This document shows, one piece after another, positions 11,816 to 24,900 of a DNA stretch of 64,000 bases. The DNA comes from Enoplolaimus lenunculus (lineage: Eukaryota). The stretch lies in the NCBI GenBank assembly GCA_030248215.1, contig JASANG010000621.1, forward strand, positions 124,001 through 188,000, read 5' to 3'. The translations under genes and the position numbers were made by a program. Position 1 is the stretch's first letter. The number at the start of each line of letters is the position of its first letter. The notes under the pieces were generated by a model that worked only from the letters and a program-made list of their open reading frames with translations, was not told where the DNA came from and did no database searches.

Positions 11816-13691
11816 TACTGTACCAGTATGCATTGTTTTGGTATTTAGAAGAATAGAATCGCTAGTTAGACAATTTGCTGTTTCTGTAGCTAGAGGTCGA
11901 CACGGTTTATCCAACTGGTAATCTCAGTCTGGGGTGAAATGGATTTAAATACTTAAAATGGTGTTCAGTTCGCTAATAACAGTACGTAAATCTTTGAACT
12001 GTGTTTTTAGCGTTGTCAAAGTTTCTCCTAATTTCGCTGGACTATTAAATTTCGAGAACTTTTATGAAGAAAGCTGCAAAACAAATTGTTCAGTGTACTG
12101 TTATTTTTGTATATACAATTGAAGTTTTACAATCAGATGTATACGTATATTGTAGTGGCCGAAATTCGGGCTAGAATTCCGAAATCTTTAACTTTATTTT
12201 TAAATTCGATTCACTACAAGAGGTTTGCTCTAATTTTCACCCATGAAGAATCCGCTATAATGGGAAGCACCTCGCTGGACGCTGCAGCACATAGGGGTTA
12301 ATGTTATCTGCGATTTCAAACTCATGACGTCGTACGACGGCACACGGTCTTCTGAAGTTCCTTTACTGCGTTAAAGGGAGCCCGAATTTCAGCAACACCC
12401 TGGAAATAAATTTTGTGCACCCCTAAAAATATTTAAGTAGTGAGTCTTGTGTAAATTATACAAAATTTACGCGTCGTGCCCCGGTTTAATATTTGTTTCC
12501 CCCTGAAATATAACGGACTGCCTACCAGCTTGTTCACAATCTGCTTATTTGAATAGTATTTAAGTATATATTAGCATACGAAAATTTTTTGTGCCGCCAC
12601 ATTGTTTCAATGATGCGTATTTTTATATACCAGAGTATGTTTATTCTTATCAGGTTCCTTTGTTTTTATATTACGATATTATTCAGTTAAACCGCGTTAA
12701 AGTTACTCCCTGTCAAATGATAAAAAAATTTTAGTCGCATATGGTGGTGGTTAATTTTTTCACAATACTAAATTTGCATAGTTGCGCAGTTTAACTAAAT
12801 AATTTCTGTATACTACTTATTGCTCGTTGATGATGACAAATTATATAGCACCGGTTGTGCAAAGCTTGCATCGGAATCGGAACTACAAATTTTGTGAATA
12901 TACGGATAATTTGTAATCAAATATAATATCGATTTAGGGTATCTGTTGGCTGGCAACAATTTTCAAAACGTTGAATGAACAAATTGGCAATGTTGTTGGT
13001 TAGCTACACTACACTCACTTATTATTTTCAAAATAAGTATTTTTTGTGTTTAGATGTTGACCTCGAAAGAAATTTTTTATGTAACGTATCACAACAAGCA
13101 GTATTAAAATTTCTAAATTCCGGTTCCCAACTAGTTTTAAATGGTAATTCTAATCAAAATTCCGGTTTCACCTGGATACCAGATAAATTGCTTTAGTTTA
13201 TAAGCCTTAGTAAAGGTAAGGTTTTCATTACAGCCTTTACTAAAAAGATTACAAAATTCAGTAATTTTCACTTTCCGTTTCCGGTATTTTTACTGTTTGT
13301 TTATACATCATTAAAATTTTAATTGTTATCAGTATAAGTATTTTGTGCTATTTTTTGTACGCTTTTTGTACGTTTGAATAAAGATATTTAATGCAGTACT
13401 GATATTTTTATTTGGTCGTTTATTTCTTGTGAAGTTGGTATACTGTGATTTCTGCTTTGTATTGTATATATCGTGTGTTTTCTCATTCAGTTTTCTTCAT
13501 TTCAAATTTCGGAAAATGCCGTGATGTTTAATTGGTAAATGTAACGCTGGCCAAAGCTTTAGATCTCTGACTTATTCAATTAGCAATAATTTTTCGGGTA
13601 AAATTAGAATTTTTGTAGCAATAATGTGCAACATAATTAGAGAAAGTACTACTGCTTGCAACAGAGAGAGGTTGTAGTGGATAGCCGTCCG

Positions 13692-13892
13692 GGCCAATGT
13701 AAAGAACAAGGGCGGAACAGTATAATAAGCATATTCGTAAGCCTAAGCCTAAGCGTAAGAATGAGCATATTACTAAGCCTAAGCCTAAGCCTTAGCCTAA
13801 GCCTAAGCCAAACAAAAAATTAGTCAATAGCTTAAGCTTACTCTTTTCTAGTCCAACAGAAAAGCGTTCCGCCCCTGATCTTTACATGGGTC
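13692..13892 (+). mobile_element. MITE (Merlin-like: GG-starting TIR, 8-bp TSD) carrying (GCCTAA)n telomeric repeats
   Basis: About 27-bp TIR ggccaatgtaaagaacaagggcggaac / gttccgcccctgatctttacatgggtc; TSD gccgtccg / gccgttcg; internal GCCTAA arrays 13739-13810. Confidence 0.85.
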
Positions 13893-16800
13893 GCCGTTCG
13901 TAACGGCCGAATTTTTTGACAGCACTGAAATAATACGCTGTTGAGATTTTCGAAAGTTGTAAGAGTCACATACGCTAGCATTATAATTCTTAATTTTAGT
14001 CCTTAATTCTCAAATGTGTAAAGGGTCTATATCGTCAAATCTTGTAACTTTTGAAACCAGGATTTGGCAAGCTTCGAATTTTAGCTTACTTTTAGTGCCA
14101 AATTCATTCTAATTCAGAGTCAAATTTTAAAGTAACAGTTGGTGTCGTTTGACGGCTTCAAAAGCATTAATTAGTGGTAGGTGTTGTACAAATTTGAGAA
14201 TTGAGAATATGGCTCTTTGTTGATATGCCCAACAGTGGATAATCGCTATTTAACAAGAGTGTGCAACTGGGCACATTCTGTGTAGAAAAGAATTTACCCG
14301 GCACGCGTTGCGTTTTTGCCCTACCCCCTTTGTTTAGAGGGGGGTACAACCGATGCGAACCATGACACTTTATGTATGCGGCGTCAAACATGCTCCCATT
14401 ATAGTTTTATTTAGGGGCATTCATGTGATAGTGACCCCCTCTCTAAACATGGGGGTCGGCCAAGCATCCGGTGGTACATTTTGTACCATGCGGAACCTCA
14501 AGAGTTGTACGCTTTTGTATCATGCACTCTTGATATGCCTAACAATGCTTAATTCCATTTTAGTACTTTAAGCAAACTATTTAATGCTCTATTTTTATAT
14601 TAAATATTTTTGTTTGTATTTTTGTGTTTGTCTTAATTATTTCTACGTCGTTTATTGTTTACATTTGCGCATGGAACTGTTCTGACTCTTGTACACTTTC
14701 CTCCACATTTAATGTGAAGGACTAGGCAAATGCACAAGTTCATTTTTGGTTTTCGGGAGGATGAGACATACTCGCTTTGTGAAATCTTTAGTTGGAATGC
14801 TTTAATCCTGTGTACCTCTACAGTTCGCCGTTTATGCTGTCATTTGAGTGTAGCGCAGGGTGTAACCGGATATCTTTTCCCAGTAAAATATTCGTTAAAG
14901 AAATACCGAAAATTCCGTTATTTCTATGCCTAAACGAATTCTAAATTACATAGAAATCGCGCAGTTTTTCATTACAGATATGCTGCAATTGTTCGATATG
15001 AAATATAACTTGCAATATCTTTAAAAAATTTGGTTCATCCGTAATTTTTGTCTAAATCTTAAAAAACCCGATGAATATATACATAAACTTTAGGCCATCG
15101 CTTATACATAAAATTTAGTATGGTTCATGTTTAAGTCTTCACTCAACGGTTTGGGGTCTGTTTACCATTTGGATTTGTACATACGAAAGTTCGGGTTTTA
15201 ACAGTATTGTTATTAAACTTACATTTTTGTATAAACTTATACTCCAAAGTAAATTGTTAACATCGTTGTTGAATTATGGGCTCGTAATGTTGTTTAACTG
15301 CAGGGCTATCGGACCGGAAATTTAGCTTGTAAAACGGATAGAGAGTAAGACGAATTCTAGCCTATTTAATAAATTTAGAGCAATAAGTTTCGAATGTTGT
15401 GCTTCCGCGAACAGTGTGCTCAAAATTTGTTTAGTTGTATAGCCAGGATGTAAACAGATGGTAAGAACTAAGATGTCACAGATGCTGATGTTTCAAAATT
15501 GACGGATGCGGATATTTGGACTTCGCAAATTTTTCAAATTATCGTATCCGTGGGTTTCACTTTTTCTTCTTGAATTCGCCCCGTTTTAATGCACAGGCAA
15601 GCTGAGTGCGACATTTTATAAAGAAAATTACTAGTGGGTGCAATCCGTTGTGGTACTAAGCAAACCTTAACACAATGTTTCGTGGTAAATTTTCGAAGGT
15701 TCAACACAAACACTCGCTTCCATGGTACGAGGAAGAACAGCGGTAGTGGGATACTTGATGCCTGGGCCCATGTCCCATATACTAGAAGCCGGTATAGGGC
15801 TAACATTTTTAAAACTTGCTTATTGTAACTTGGGTTGACGGTTTTATTATTATCCCTATCCTTTTATTCCCCATGTGTAGAACATTTGGCCAGCAATGTC
15901 GCGGGTTATTTCTGGTTCTAAAATCCAGCAATTTAAAATTATATTTTTAAGCATGCGAAACCTCAGCGGATACATTTAAGTATTCACACGCTATCGGTTT
16001 CGGCTTAAAACCTTAGAATCACAATATGTCCCTTATAGTGCATTTTTGATTTGCTATGTCATTAATAGAAAAATGCACAATACTATCGATTTTCAAGCAT
16101 TTTTTGTGTCTACAAATAATGTCACAATAACAGCTACTAGTCACGTGCAAGAGGTGGTGTCTTGCAGCGGTGGATACAGGATTTCATTTCGGGAGCATAT
16201 AATCGCATTTAAAAAATCTTAAAGCAAGCCGGCGAGCGCTATTTTTTGGACTCTCAAATCCAGCAAGTTTAAGCATGTAAAAGTGCCTATTTTCTTGTCT
16301 TCAAAATTTTCGAAGTGGAATAACCTGTCATTGTACTCGCCCCTGGTGTCTTATGAAGCATTTAAATGGTCGATAATGACATGTGAAAATAGAGTAAAAT
16401 GATGCTATTTGTCGGCAAATTTGTATAGATTTAGCTAATGGAAAACATGGACGCTATGTTTTTGTGTGTTCGTCTGGCCATTATGTATATGTGGTATGTG
16501 TTTAGTTGATATTTCATGTTATGCCATGTGCCAAACGCAGATTTGTAGGTTTTTTGGCACGTGTAGGGGCCGTACTGGGAAAGAAAATGTGTTTTGCCTC
16601 GGCTTTATCAGTATACCGAAATGAAATAAGGCTTACGTGTTTCCGGATAAATTTTTATATACTCTCTTTCTTACAACCAGAAAGGGCTTGTATTGAAACC
16701 AGAGATGGCAGGAGGTCCTCGTGCGGCAGCCGTGGGACGGGTGGATTTAACTAGCCAAGACAACCCGCATTCGGAAACCCATCAGATGTAATTTTCGGTT

Positions 16801-18119
16801 TTGAAGTTTGGACACAGAGAGCTGAAAATATTTTCCACAGATTGACTACGGAATCGCAGTGTAGATCTGTTGACAAGATCTGTTGGCAGAGGATGTTGTC
16901 GTCGTTTCAAACACTCCCTTCTCCCTCACAAAATTTTTTGTGCAAAAATAGTATGGCCCCTACCTTACAATTGTCTTCTTCCGAACATTAGCGCATATAT
17001 GGGAAGCAGTAAAAATTGCGTTTCATTACTTGCCAGCTTACTCCCATCAGAAATTTTTGGGTCCGCCGCTGCTAAAAGGCTAGACCTGGTATGCCGTGGT
17101 GGGAATCCCAATTCACGAAGCACTGGTACACGCTTGTGACTGAGAAATTGTTCCCTTAATATTTCACGTTACTGGTTGAGTGTATATACTCGGTTATTAA
17201 ATTTTCTGCTAATAGCAACTGGCTCCTAACGATGATGAAAAAGGCACTAGCACACTTTGTCGGGTTAACTTGAATGGTGTTAATTTCTCTGGTAGAGCCA
17301 GTCTGGCCCTGTATAAAAGGTCTTAGTTTTATTATAATATCCAAAATATTTGCATAAATGTCATATCGATCAAAATCATCTGTCACTTTTGCATAGATTA
17401 TTTCGATTGTTCTATGTTTCTCAACCGTGACATAGCCAAATTTTCATTTCGAGAAAGTTGTAAATTTCTTCCAGCAAGCATAGCTATAACGAAAATTCTT
17501 AGAATATGTGCTAGATTCCAGAAGTCCATTCTACAGCCTGTAAAAAGTGCTTTTCTTGTCTACAAATTTCAAGAAGTCGTTATCGCTCTATTGTCCAACT
17601 TTGAGTACGCCAATGTTGCTGAGTTGTAATTGTTTTTGTTTACCTGCCCGACTAACGTCTCTGTTTAAAATTAGCCTGAGTAAGGGAGTAAATTGGCATT
17701 CGCGTTTTCGAAAATGTAAGTTTGCACCAAGCAGTCAAATATTCCATAGTTGATCGTCTCTTTCCTACGCGCTCTCATACTTTTCTCGCGGTGTCGAAAT
17801 TTTCCACGCAGTTGGAATTTTCTCACGCTGTCGAAGATTTCCAATATACCATCGAATTTTTCTAACGCGGAAATTTTGTCACGCTGTTGCGATTTTCTCA
17901 CGCTGTCCGTATATTGGACCAGTAGTATGGCGATTCGCAAATTCTTCAGTTTCCCACAGTGTTGAAAGCTGCATTCACAATGAACCGCAGTTCTGAGTGT
18001 TTGGCCGGGTACGAAAAGCAAGTATTTTGTTATTGAGGAATTAACTGCCATCGGGCCCAAATCCGTACAGTAGCGTGGAACACGTATCATATAGTCGAGT
18101 TATTTGGATGGCTTCTTTT

Positions 18120-18550
18120 TGTTGTCGTTTTTGTTATGGTATTTCTGTTATTATTTTGTTGTTGGTGGTGGCTTTAGTTGTTTGCGTGTTGTTGGTGGTG
18201 TTGTTATTAATGCTGCTGCTGTTGTTGTTGTGGTTGTTGTTGTCGCTGTTGTTGTTGATGATGATGATGTTTTCTTGTTATTGCCGTTATCGTTGTTATT
18301 ATTATGATTGTTCTGATTACGCCTATAACACGCTGTCGTTGTTATAATTAATATTTCTGTTGCTATCATTTCATTTCGGATGTCACATCACGCACTATTC
18401 TGAAATACTTCTGCTGTTATTTTCTTGTTCTAAAATTTGATTGTTTTGTTGGTGTTGTTGTTATAACTGTTATTATTTTTTTGTTATCCTTGTTGTTCTT
18501 GTTCATTTTTTCTTGTTGCTGTCATTATCGCTATTATAAGTGTCAATATT
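18120..18550. repeat. Degenerate (TTG/TGT/ATT)n low-complexity tract downstream of the bestrophin stop
   Basis: Runs of gttgttgtt, tgctgc, gatgat; overlapping ORFs are poly-L/V/T artefacts. Confidence 0.8.
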
Positions 18551-18578
18551 GTCAATATTGTAATTCAACGGTCATATT

Positions 18579-18928
18579 TCACACACTATTCTGCAAATAT
18601 GTCGGCGTTAGCCGGGGCGGAATCGGTTGTGACTGTATCCGATCTGTAATTACACCTGTTGGGCGCATATTGTAAACATTACGACCCAAATTAGAACAAA
18701 AATCAATTAGTTTTTCACGGGTTGACATATTTTCTTTGGCGATGTTTGCTTCGCGTAGATTGAGCAACGACTCTGTTGCCGGATCCATTTCGTCGTGTCG
18801 GATTTCGTCTTCGTCCACGTGACAAACCGGACGGTGTTCGGAAACGGTTGCAGATGCTTTGGTATGCATCAGGGGTGCAGTTAGCTCGACATGTGGGAGG
18901 ACGTGAGGGAGCTGACCGTGGAGGGTAT
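18579..18928 (-). CDS. best: Bestrophin long last exon 5b
   Basis: tttcag acceptor, phase 1: [27 protein letters not shown]...YLQNSV*. Confidence 0.8.
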
Positions 18929-21900
18929 CTGAAATGTTTGAGGTACCCGTTAAAAGTTTAGACCCTGTTACTAAAAGTAAGCGAGTGGCGGAAGCGCATG
19001 GGCCGAATTGCTTAGCAAGCATGGAACATGAGGGAGTTGATTGTCGAACGTATCTGAATATATTTAAGGCAACAGTTTGAGTTTTAACCCCGCTACTAGG
19101 AGCTGATCTCGCAGAGGTAAATAGTTTTGTTAATTCTGTGTATTAAAATTGCAAAGAAACCCAATTAAACGTGAGAAAGTTGGCTTTGAGATAGACTCTG
19201 TAATATTTGAGGAATTCAGTTAAATTTCAAACATATTAAGTAGGCTTTGTTCTACCGTAGAGGGAATCTGGAATTTGAGGCAACCTTTGAATATTAAATA
19301 AGCAACTAGGATCTGTTCTGGGGCTGAGGTAAAGAAAATGACTTTTGTACACCCAAAACTTGTGGTGGTAACACGTGTCCCTTTGCCCCTCCCCCAAGTT
19401 CCGTCACCTCAATATGCAGAAAACGTTTACCGACAAGCAGATAAGATGTTTCAGTATGGCGATCAAGGAGGTAGTTAAGCTCAAAGTCTTCATCGTCTTC
19501 TCCAAATGGATTCATGAGATCTTCACCAACCTTTAAACAAATCAATCTATTTATAAAATCCATTTCACACCACCCCATACGGAAGCCTATTCGTGGAGTT
19601 TTAAGAGTTCAACCCCTACGTGATTTTCGTTGTTTTTCCGACATTTTTCAATTGGTAATGCCAAAAATCCTGTGCAAATATTTCATAGAACATATATTCC
19701 TCTCCAAAATCGTTGCTACGCTCGTGTTTAAATAGCACATGATACATTTTCTTAATTTCTAAAATGGCATGTCTTATATCTCTAGATTCGGCCTCAGAAA
19801 CAAGAAGTGTCAAAAATTTTGCAATTGTTCATCTTTGACACACAATGTGTGTTTTCTCACGCTACCAGTGAACTCCTGTCCCCGTTTTTCCTTTATTTAA
19901 AACACGACGCTGGGATGAGAAAGATAAAAAATTCTTACCGCAGATTCACCGGGTACTGGAGATTCTGACGGTTTTTACTATCATTAATATTTACACCAGA
20001 AAAAACACATAATACCTTCAACCATCCCACGTAGAATAAAAATTGTAGAATAGTGAAAATAGGAATGTAAACATTGACTTGACCATTCTCAATGCACGCA
20101 GTACGTAACTCTTCTTTCTTTTCGGAATAACATGTAATTGGTCGTATCGGGTATTGACGTGCGATTAAACACATTGCAAAATATCCGTACGTTGCAATTG
20201 TTGCTACCTGTGTGTACACTAATGGTATGCTAACCTGAAATATACATATTTTATCAGGTTTTCTCAAATTTTACTACCTTTCAAAACAAGCATTCTTTAG
20301 AACTTTATCTCCATTCCCAAAACCTAAAATATATACAGCAACTTTTTTCTAAATTCTTCTAAATTTCAGGACAGAGTTTTTGAGACTTTTGTCCGCATTT
20401 ATACACGTATGCAGCATATGACAACAGTTGTCGACAGGTTGTATGCACTGCCGAATCAGCGATTGCTCAACGTCGAAATTCAACGCAGTATTTTACTTTT
20501 GATTAGCCCTCTTTGTAACTAGAGTTTGAGATTCATAGCTGCTGCGGTTAGCTTGTGTGAAACCCTACTACCGAATGATCATGTTGCGAATACCATTTTT
20601 CGAAAATACTCGAAATAATACAACATATATCTACATCCTAAAATTTTTGTGAGATTTCAGAACAACATTTTTAGGGCTTAAGAGTAATACCCACTGGTTG
20701 ATAGCGGTTCATGTTTTTTCTTTCAAGTTTGTCCTTACAAAATGAAACCTGGTTGGGTGGAAGTTTTGGTACACAAAAGCGGATATCATTTAATGTAAGA
20801 CTTGAAGATACAGTCGCATGCGGTAATTAATTCAGTATACCGAATGCTTAAGCTTATTAGATTTTGTAGGCATATATTTGTAGCGAAGGTACGTATATAA
20901 TTACTCTTATTATCAGCTATTTTAATCACAAATTACTTCAAAACTTAAAATAAATTTTGAACTAAAATTTTCATCAACTTCATTTCAGTAAACATAAAAT
21001 CGTTGTCAGTCGCAGTTGGATTAACCGTGTTGATCAGACCTTTTTGATAAATTTAACCGTGACCTTGTTTTACTCCGGCGGATCAAAATTTTCGTAGTGA
21101 GGCTGGGGCAACTATGGTCCTTTTCTATATACGGTGTGACCGTAACCAAAAAGTGTTCCACCGGGCGGTATCAAAAATACAACCTGTATGAAAATCCTGC
21201 AAGCTAACTTTTGAGCTACTCCGTCCCTTCCAGATTTTCAATACCCATTTGGGTTATACCCGCCCTCGTTTCGGGCACGTAGCCAAAAGCGGAGCCATTG
21301 GAAAGGGCTCCGCCCCCCTGTGTAAAAATTTCACCCCCTTAGAAAATTTTCAGTATTGCTTGTAAGCCAGCGAAAACCCTTGTATGCCCCTCCTGAAAAG
21401 TTTTAGCCCCTTAGCAAGGTGAGCTGGTCCAACTCCAGTAATGATGCCATCGTAACTATTTCATAAATGCAGAGTTGAAAGAAATCAGAGGAACCACATG
21501 CCATGTTCGCTATTCTTAGTTATCGGTAGATGTTACGTTTTCAACCAACTTCTGTATTAATTTTATCATGTACCCACTCATGTCTGACCCGGCTTCGACG
21601 CACTCCTGCAATGGTGTATTTTTACCCGCTAGTAAATTAAGGATTCAAAGACATCATGGAATCATATGCTATGTTCACCGCCACCCCACACTCCTGTAAC
21701 TATTTTTATCTTGCTGTACTCCCAACTGGTATATGTGTTTTGTCGAACCCGCCCTGTTTCGCCACACTCATGTAATGATAATCTTCTTCACGCACTCGCG
21801 AATGAAGTATTGAAGGAAATTAGCGATACCACATATGTCCTCCCCCTACCTGTTTCTTCTACGCAAATGTTTTGTAGGAGTACCACAAGTCACGGCCACC

Positions 21901-24900
21901 ACCGCCGCACTCTTATAATTATCTGACGTTTTATCCAACCCGCCTTTCCCGTCTCACTCCTGTAACGTATTCTTCTTGCCCAATCGGAAACGAAGTTTAA
22001 GGAAATTAGTTTGTCACTCACTCGTACGTATATATGTGTGTGTTTTGCAGGGGCGTAGCCAGGGGGGAGCAAGGGGATCATAGGCCCCCACGAAAGCGTC
22101 CCCCAAACCCCCAGTTGGATGGACCGACTCTTGGGGTGCTCCATTTTGGCAAACTAAAAATTTTTTTTCGCTGACCACGAAGTTATAGAGTTGTAAAACA
22201 TTTTATTGGGGCCCCATTGGATCTATTTGAGGGGGCGACTATCTTAACGACGGCCCTGTGAATGAGTTGATTTGGTTTGACTCCGTCTGATTTAAACCAC
22301 AACAGAGATTCTATCGAATGTCACCTTTCTCTCGAAGTAAATACATGAGACGTTTCGAAGAAGAAAGAACCACATTCAAATAAACTTAAACTTCATCGTA
22401 CAAACATCAGCCCATGTTACTTTTAGTGGTACCCCGCTGGCGGGTTTCTCACAAGACCGCAGTAGAGTAGGTTTAAGTGTTAAGAATATTTTTGTGCTTG
22501 TGCTTAGCTTAAGCTTGTCTTAGCCTTTTAGAATTCCGTTTCAAAACGAGTTCCGATTCCAATTCCGATTGCGCAGTCATTTGGAATCGGAATGTTGCAA
22601 TTTTAATTTAACCATACTTTGGTTGCATAAAAATTCTCTTGACCTCAACATCTAAACAAACAAAACCATGTATCGTTTTATTTTGAAAATAATAATTTGT
22701 TGTGGTTTAACATTACAAACCCAAGAAGAATGCCAATATGTTGATGCGACGTCTTTGAAAATTGTTGCCAGCTTACAGATTCCCTAAAGTAATATATTTA
22801 TTACTACAAATTGTATGCGTTGTCACACAATTTGTAGTTTTGATACCGATTCCGGTATAATCCGCTTCCGTTTAGCACCCTGCTGCACATGCTAATTGAT
22901 GAAAATTGCTTAACACACTATATATTTATTGTATTTGTTTGGCCCCTCCGAAACAAAATCCCGGCTACGCCCATGGTATTTTGTTCGTCCCGTCCTCGTC
23001 GGTCCCACTCTGGTAAATGATATTCTCTAACGCCTTGTGCCTATGTTTTGTCTGGCCCACCACCCTCCCTCAATGCCCACTATTGTTTTAAATGAGACAG
23101 CGTTGTCTTACCCACTCGTAAATAAAGAGTTGAAGGAAATAATGTCGGAAATTGTCTAGTTCGAGCAATAGTGCATGCAGCTCATTGACATGAGTGAGTC
23201 GTTTTGACTCGTAGCATTGAATGAATATTGATTGCATCCAAACGATTGGAACAAACCATTTTTGATGCGGATCAAATTGTACATCGACGCTTGTTAACAA
23301 CGCATACTCGTCAGCGGTCATAAGGCCTGCCTGTAAGATGGTTTAGTAACTTAATGTCTGTGTTTTTCTCGTTTTTCTCTTTCTTACTTAGTTTTTCTTT
23401 TTATCTCTCATTCTTTTTCTCTGTTCTCGTTTTCTTACCTTTTTCGTTTCTCTATTTCATACCGTTTTCGTTTTCTCTTATTCTTTCCTCTTACTGTTCT
23501 TTGTAGTTTTCTTCTCTTTTTTACATTTGTCTTTCTTCTCTCTTTCTTTATTTTTTCTATGTTTTTCTTTTTGAAAGCTTTATATACGTTTTAGAATAAC
23601 ATGCTCGATTTTTGCACGAAATTTTCATTTTTCTAATTTTTACACATGGAACAAAAACGAAATCTAGGGACACCGCCAAGAACGTAGCTCGCAGCAGAGA
23701 GATAGGAGTCGAACTCCTCTTGTTTGAGATTTTTGTAGCGGGGTTCTCAACTAATTTTTTTACTTTAATTGAAATCTAATTTCAGCAATCCATTTCATAA
23801 ATGCACGTCTACGGTAAAACTGTAGCAAACTGACCAAATTGAAAACTATTTCACAACTGTGAATTAAATTTAAAAGCCAACAGACGGGTGTTGAAATTTA
23901 CTCAAAAGATCAAATTTTATTTGCAATTTAATGGAGAAAATATCGGTTTTCGATTTGTCTTTATTAAGGAAAGGTATTTTATTCTGAAATTACATATGAA
24001 CATCAGTCACTCTTTTGCAAGTAAGGCTTCAAATTAAAATTGTAAAATCACAGAACATAAATAACTGTTGTGACAAAATTAACAATATCGTGCTGATTCG
24101 AAATTCTACAAGCCAGGTTTGAACCTACCAAACCAAATTTCGACACAACGTATTGATAAATTATCTATAAAGGCAAACTAAAATCTCTTCCAATAATATG
24201 TGCTCATGTTCAACTTTACCAGCCTCATTCAAATATGACACATTACCTCCGAACCTGTTTCAAAATATAAGCAGAAAACCTCGTTTCTAAAGATTTAGCG
24301 CAAAAGTATAACATTATAATCACTGGCTAATGCAAAGGTAAAACCCAGACAAGTGGCCCCAACAGAAATTGAAACCGAAATTTTGTACGTGATATTTAGT
24401 ATTAAAATTGCTTTTGGCTTATCCCTCGTTGCGGTCGCAAGTTTTTTTCACTATTATATATCGCCCTCCTTCTTCAAGCAGCTTACAGCAAACAGTCTGA
24501 AACAAATTAGCAATTTTAGAAGTCAAATATAAATTCCGATACGAATTTTTACTTAGAACGGTGATTCTGGACCTAAAATTTTACCAATGGTTCCTTCTGT
24601 TTAGTTGTTTTGAAGGATTCCAAGCTGATTACAGGCAGGCCTTATGACCTTTGGCGAAGTAAGTATGCCGCGTCGATTTGTAGTGCACTCCTTATTTTTT
24701 TCACTCCTTATTTTTTTACTTTTTTCATGTTTCATTTTTTCTCTTTATGTATATATAGTTTTTTGCTGTTTAGTAATTATATATTTGTGTGCTATTGATA
24801 ACCAACGAGCAACAGGATATGTGTTTCTGGTAAAAAGTTAAGTGTCGTTTCTGGTTTTGAAATCACTATACATATTTACTTTTCAACCAATGGTTGATGC

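Noticed and set aside
15300..16790. Cys-containing segments flanked by splice-like sites (possible small + strand gene)
   Set aside because: Candidate internal exon 15379-15460 has stops in all three frames, one intron would be about 35 nt, and no recognisable domain was found.
17156..17770. Possible decayed transposase-like coding remnant on the minus strand
   Set aside because: Only fragmentary frames with no motif I can confidently assign; needs tBLASTn against Repbase.
18075..18675. Hydrophobic/poly-Thr ORFs
   Set aside because: Translations of a (TTG)n low-complexity tract; no splice or domain support.
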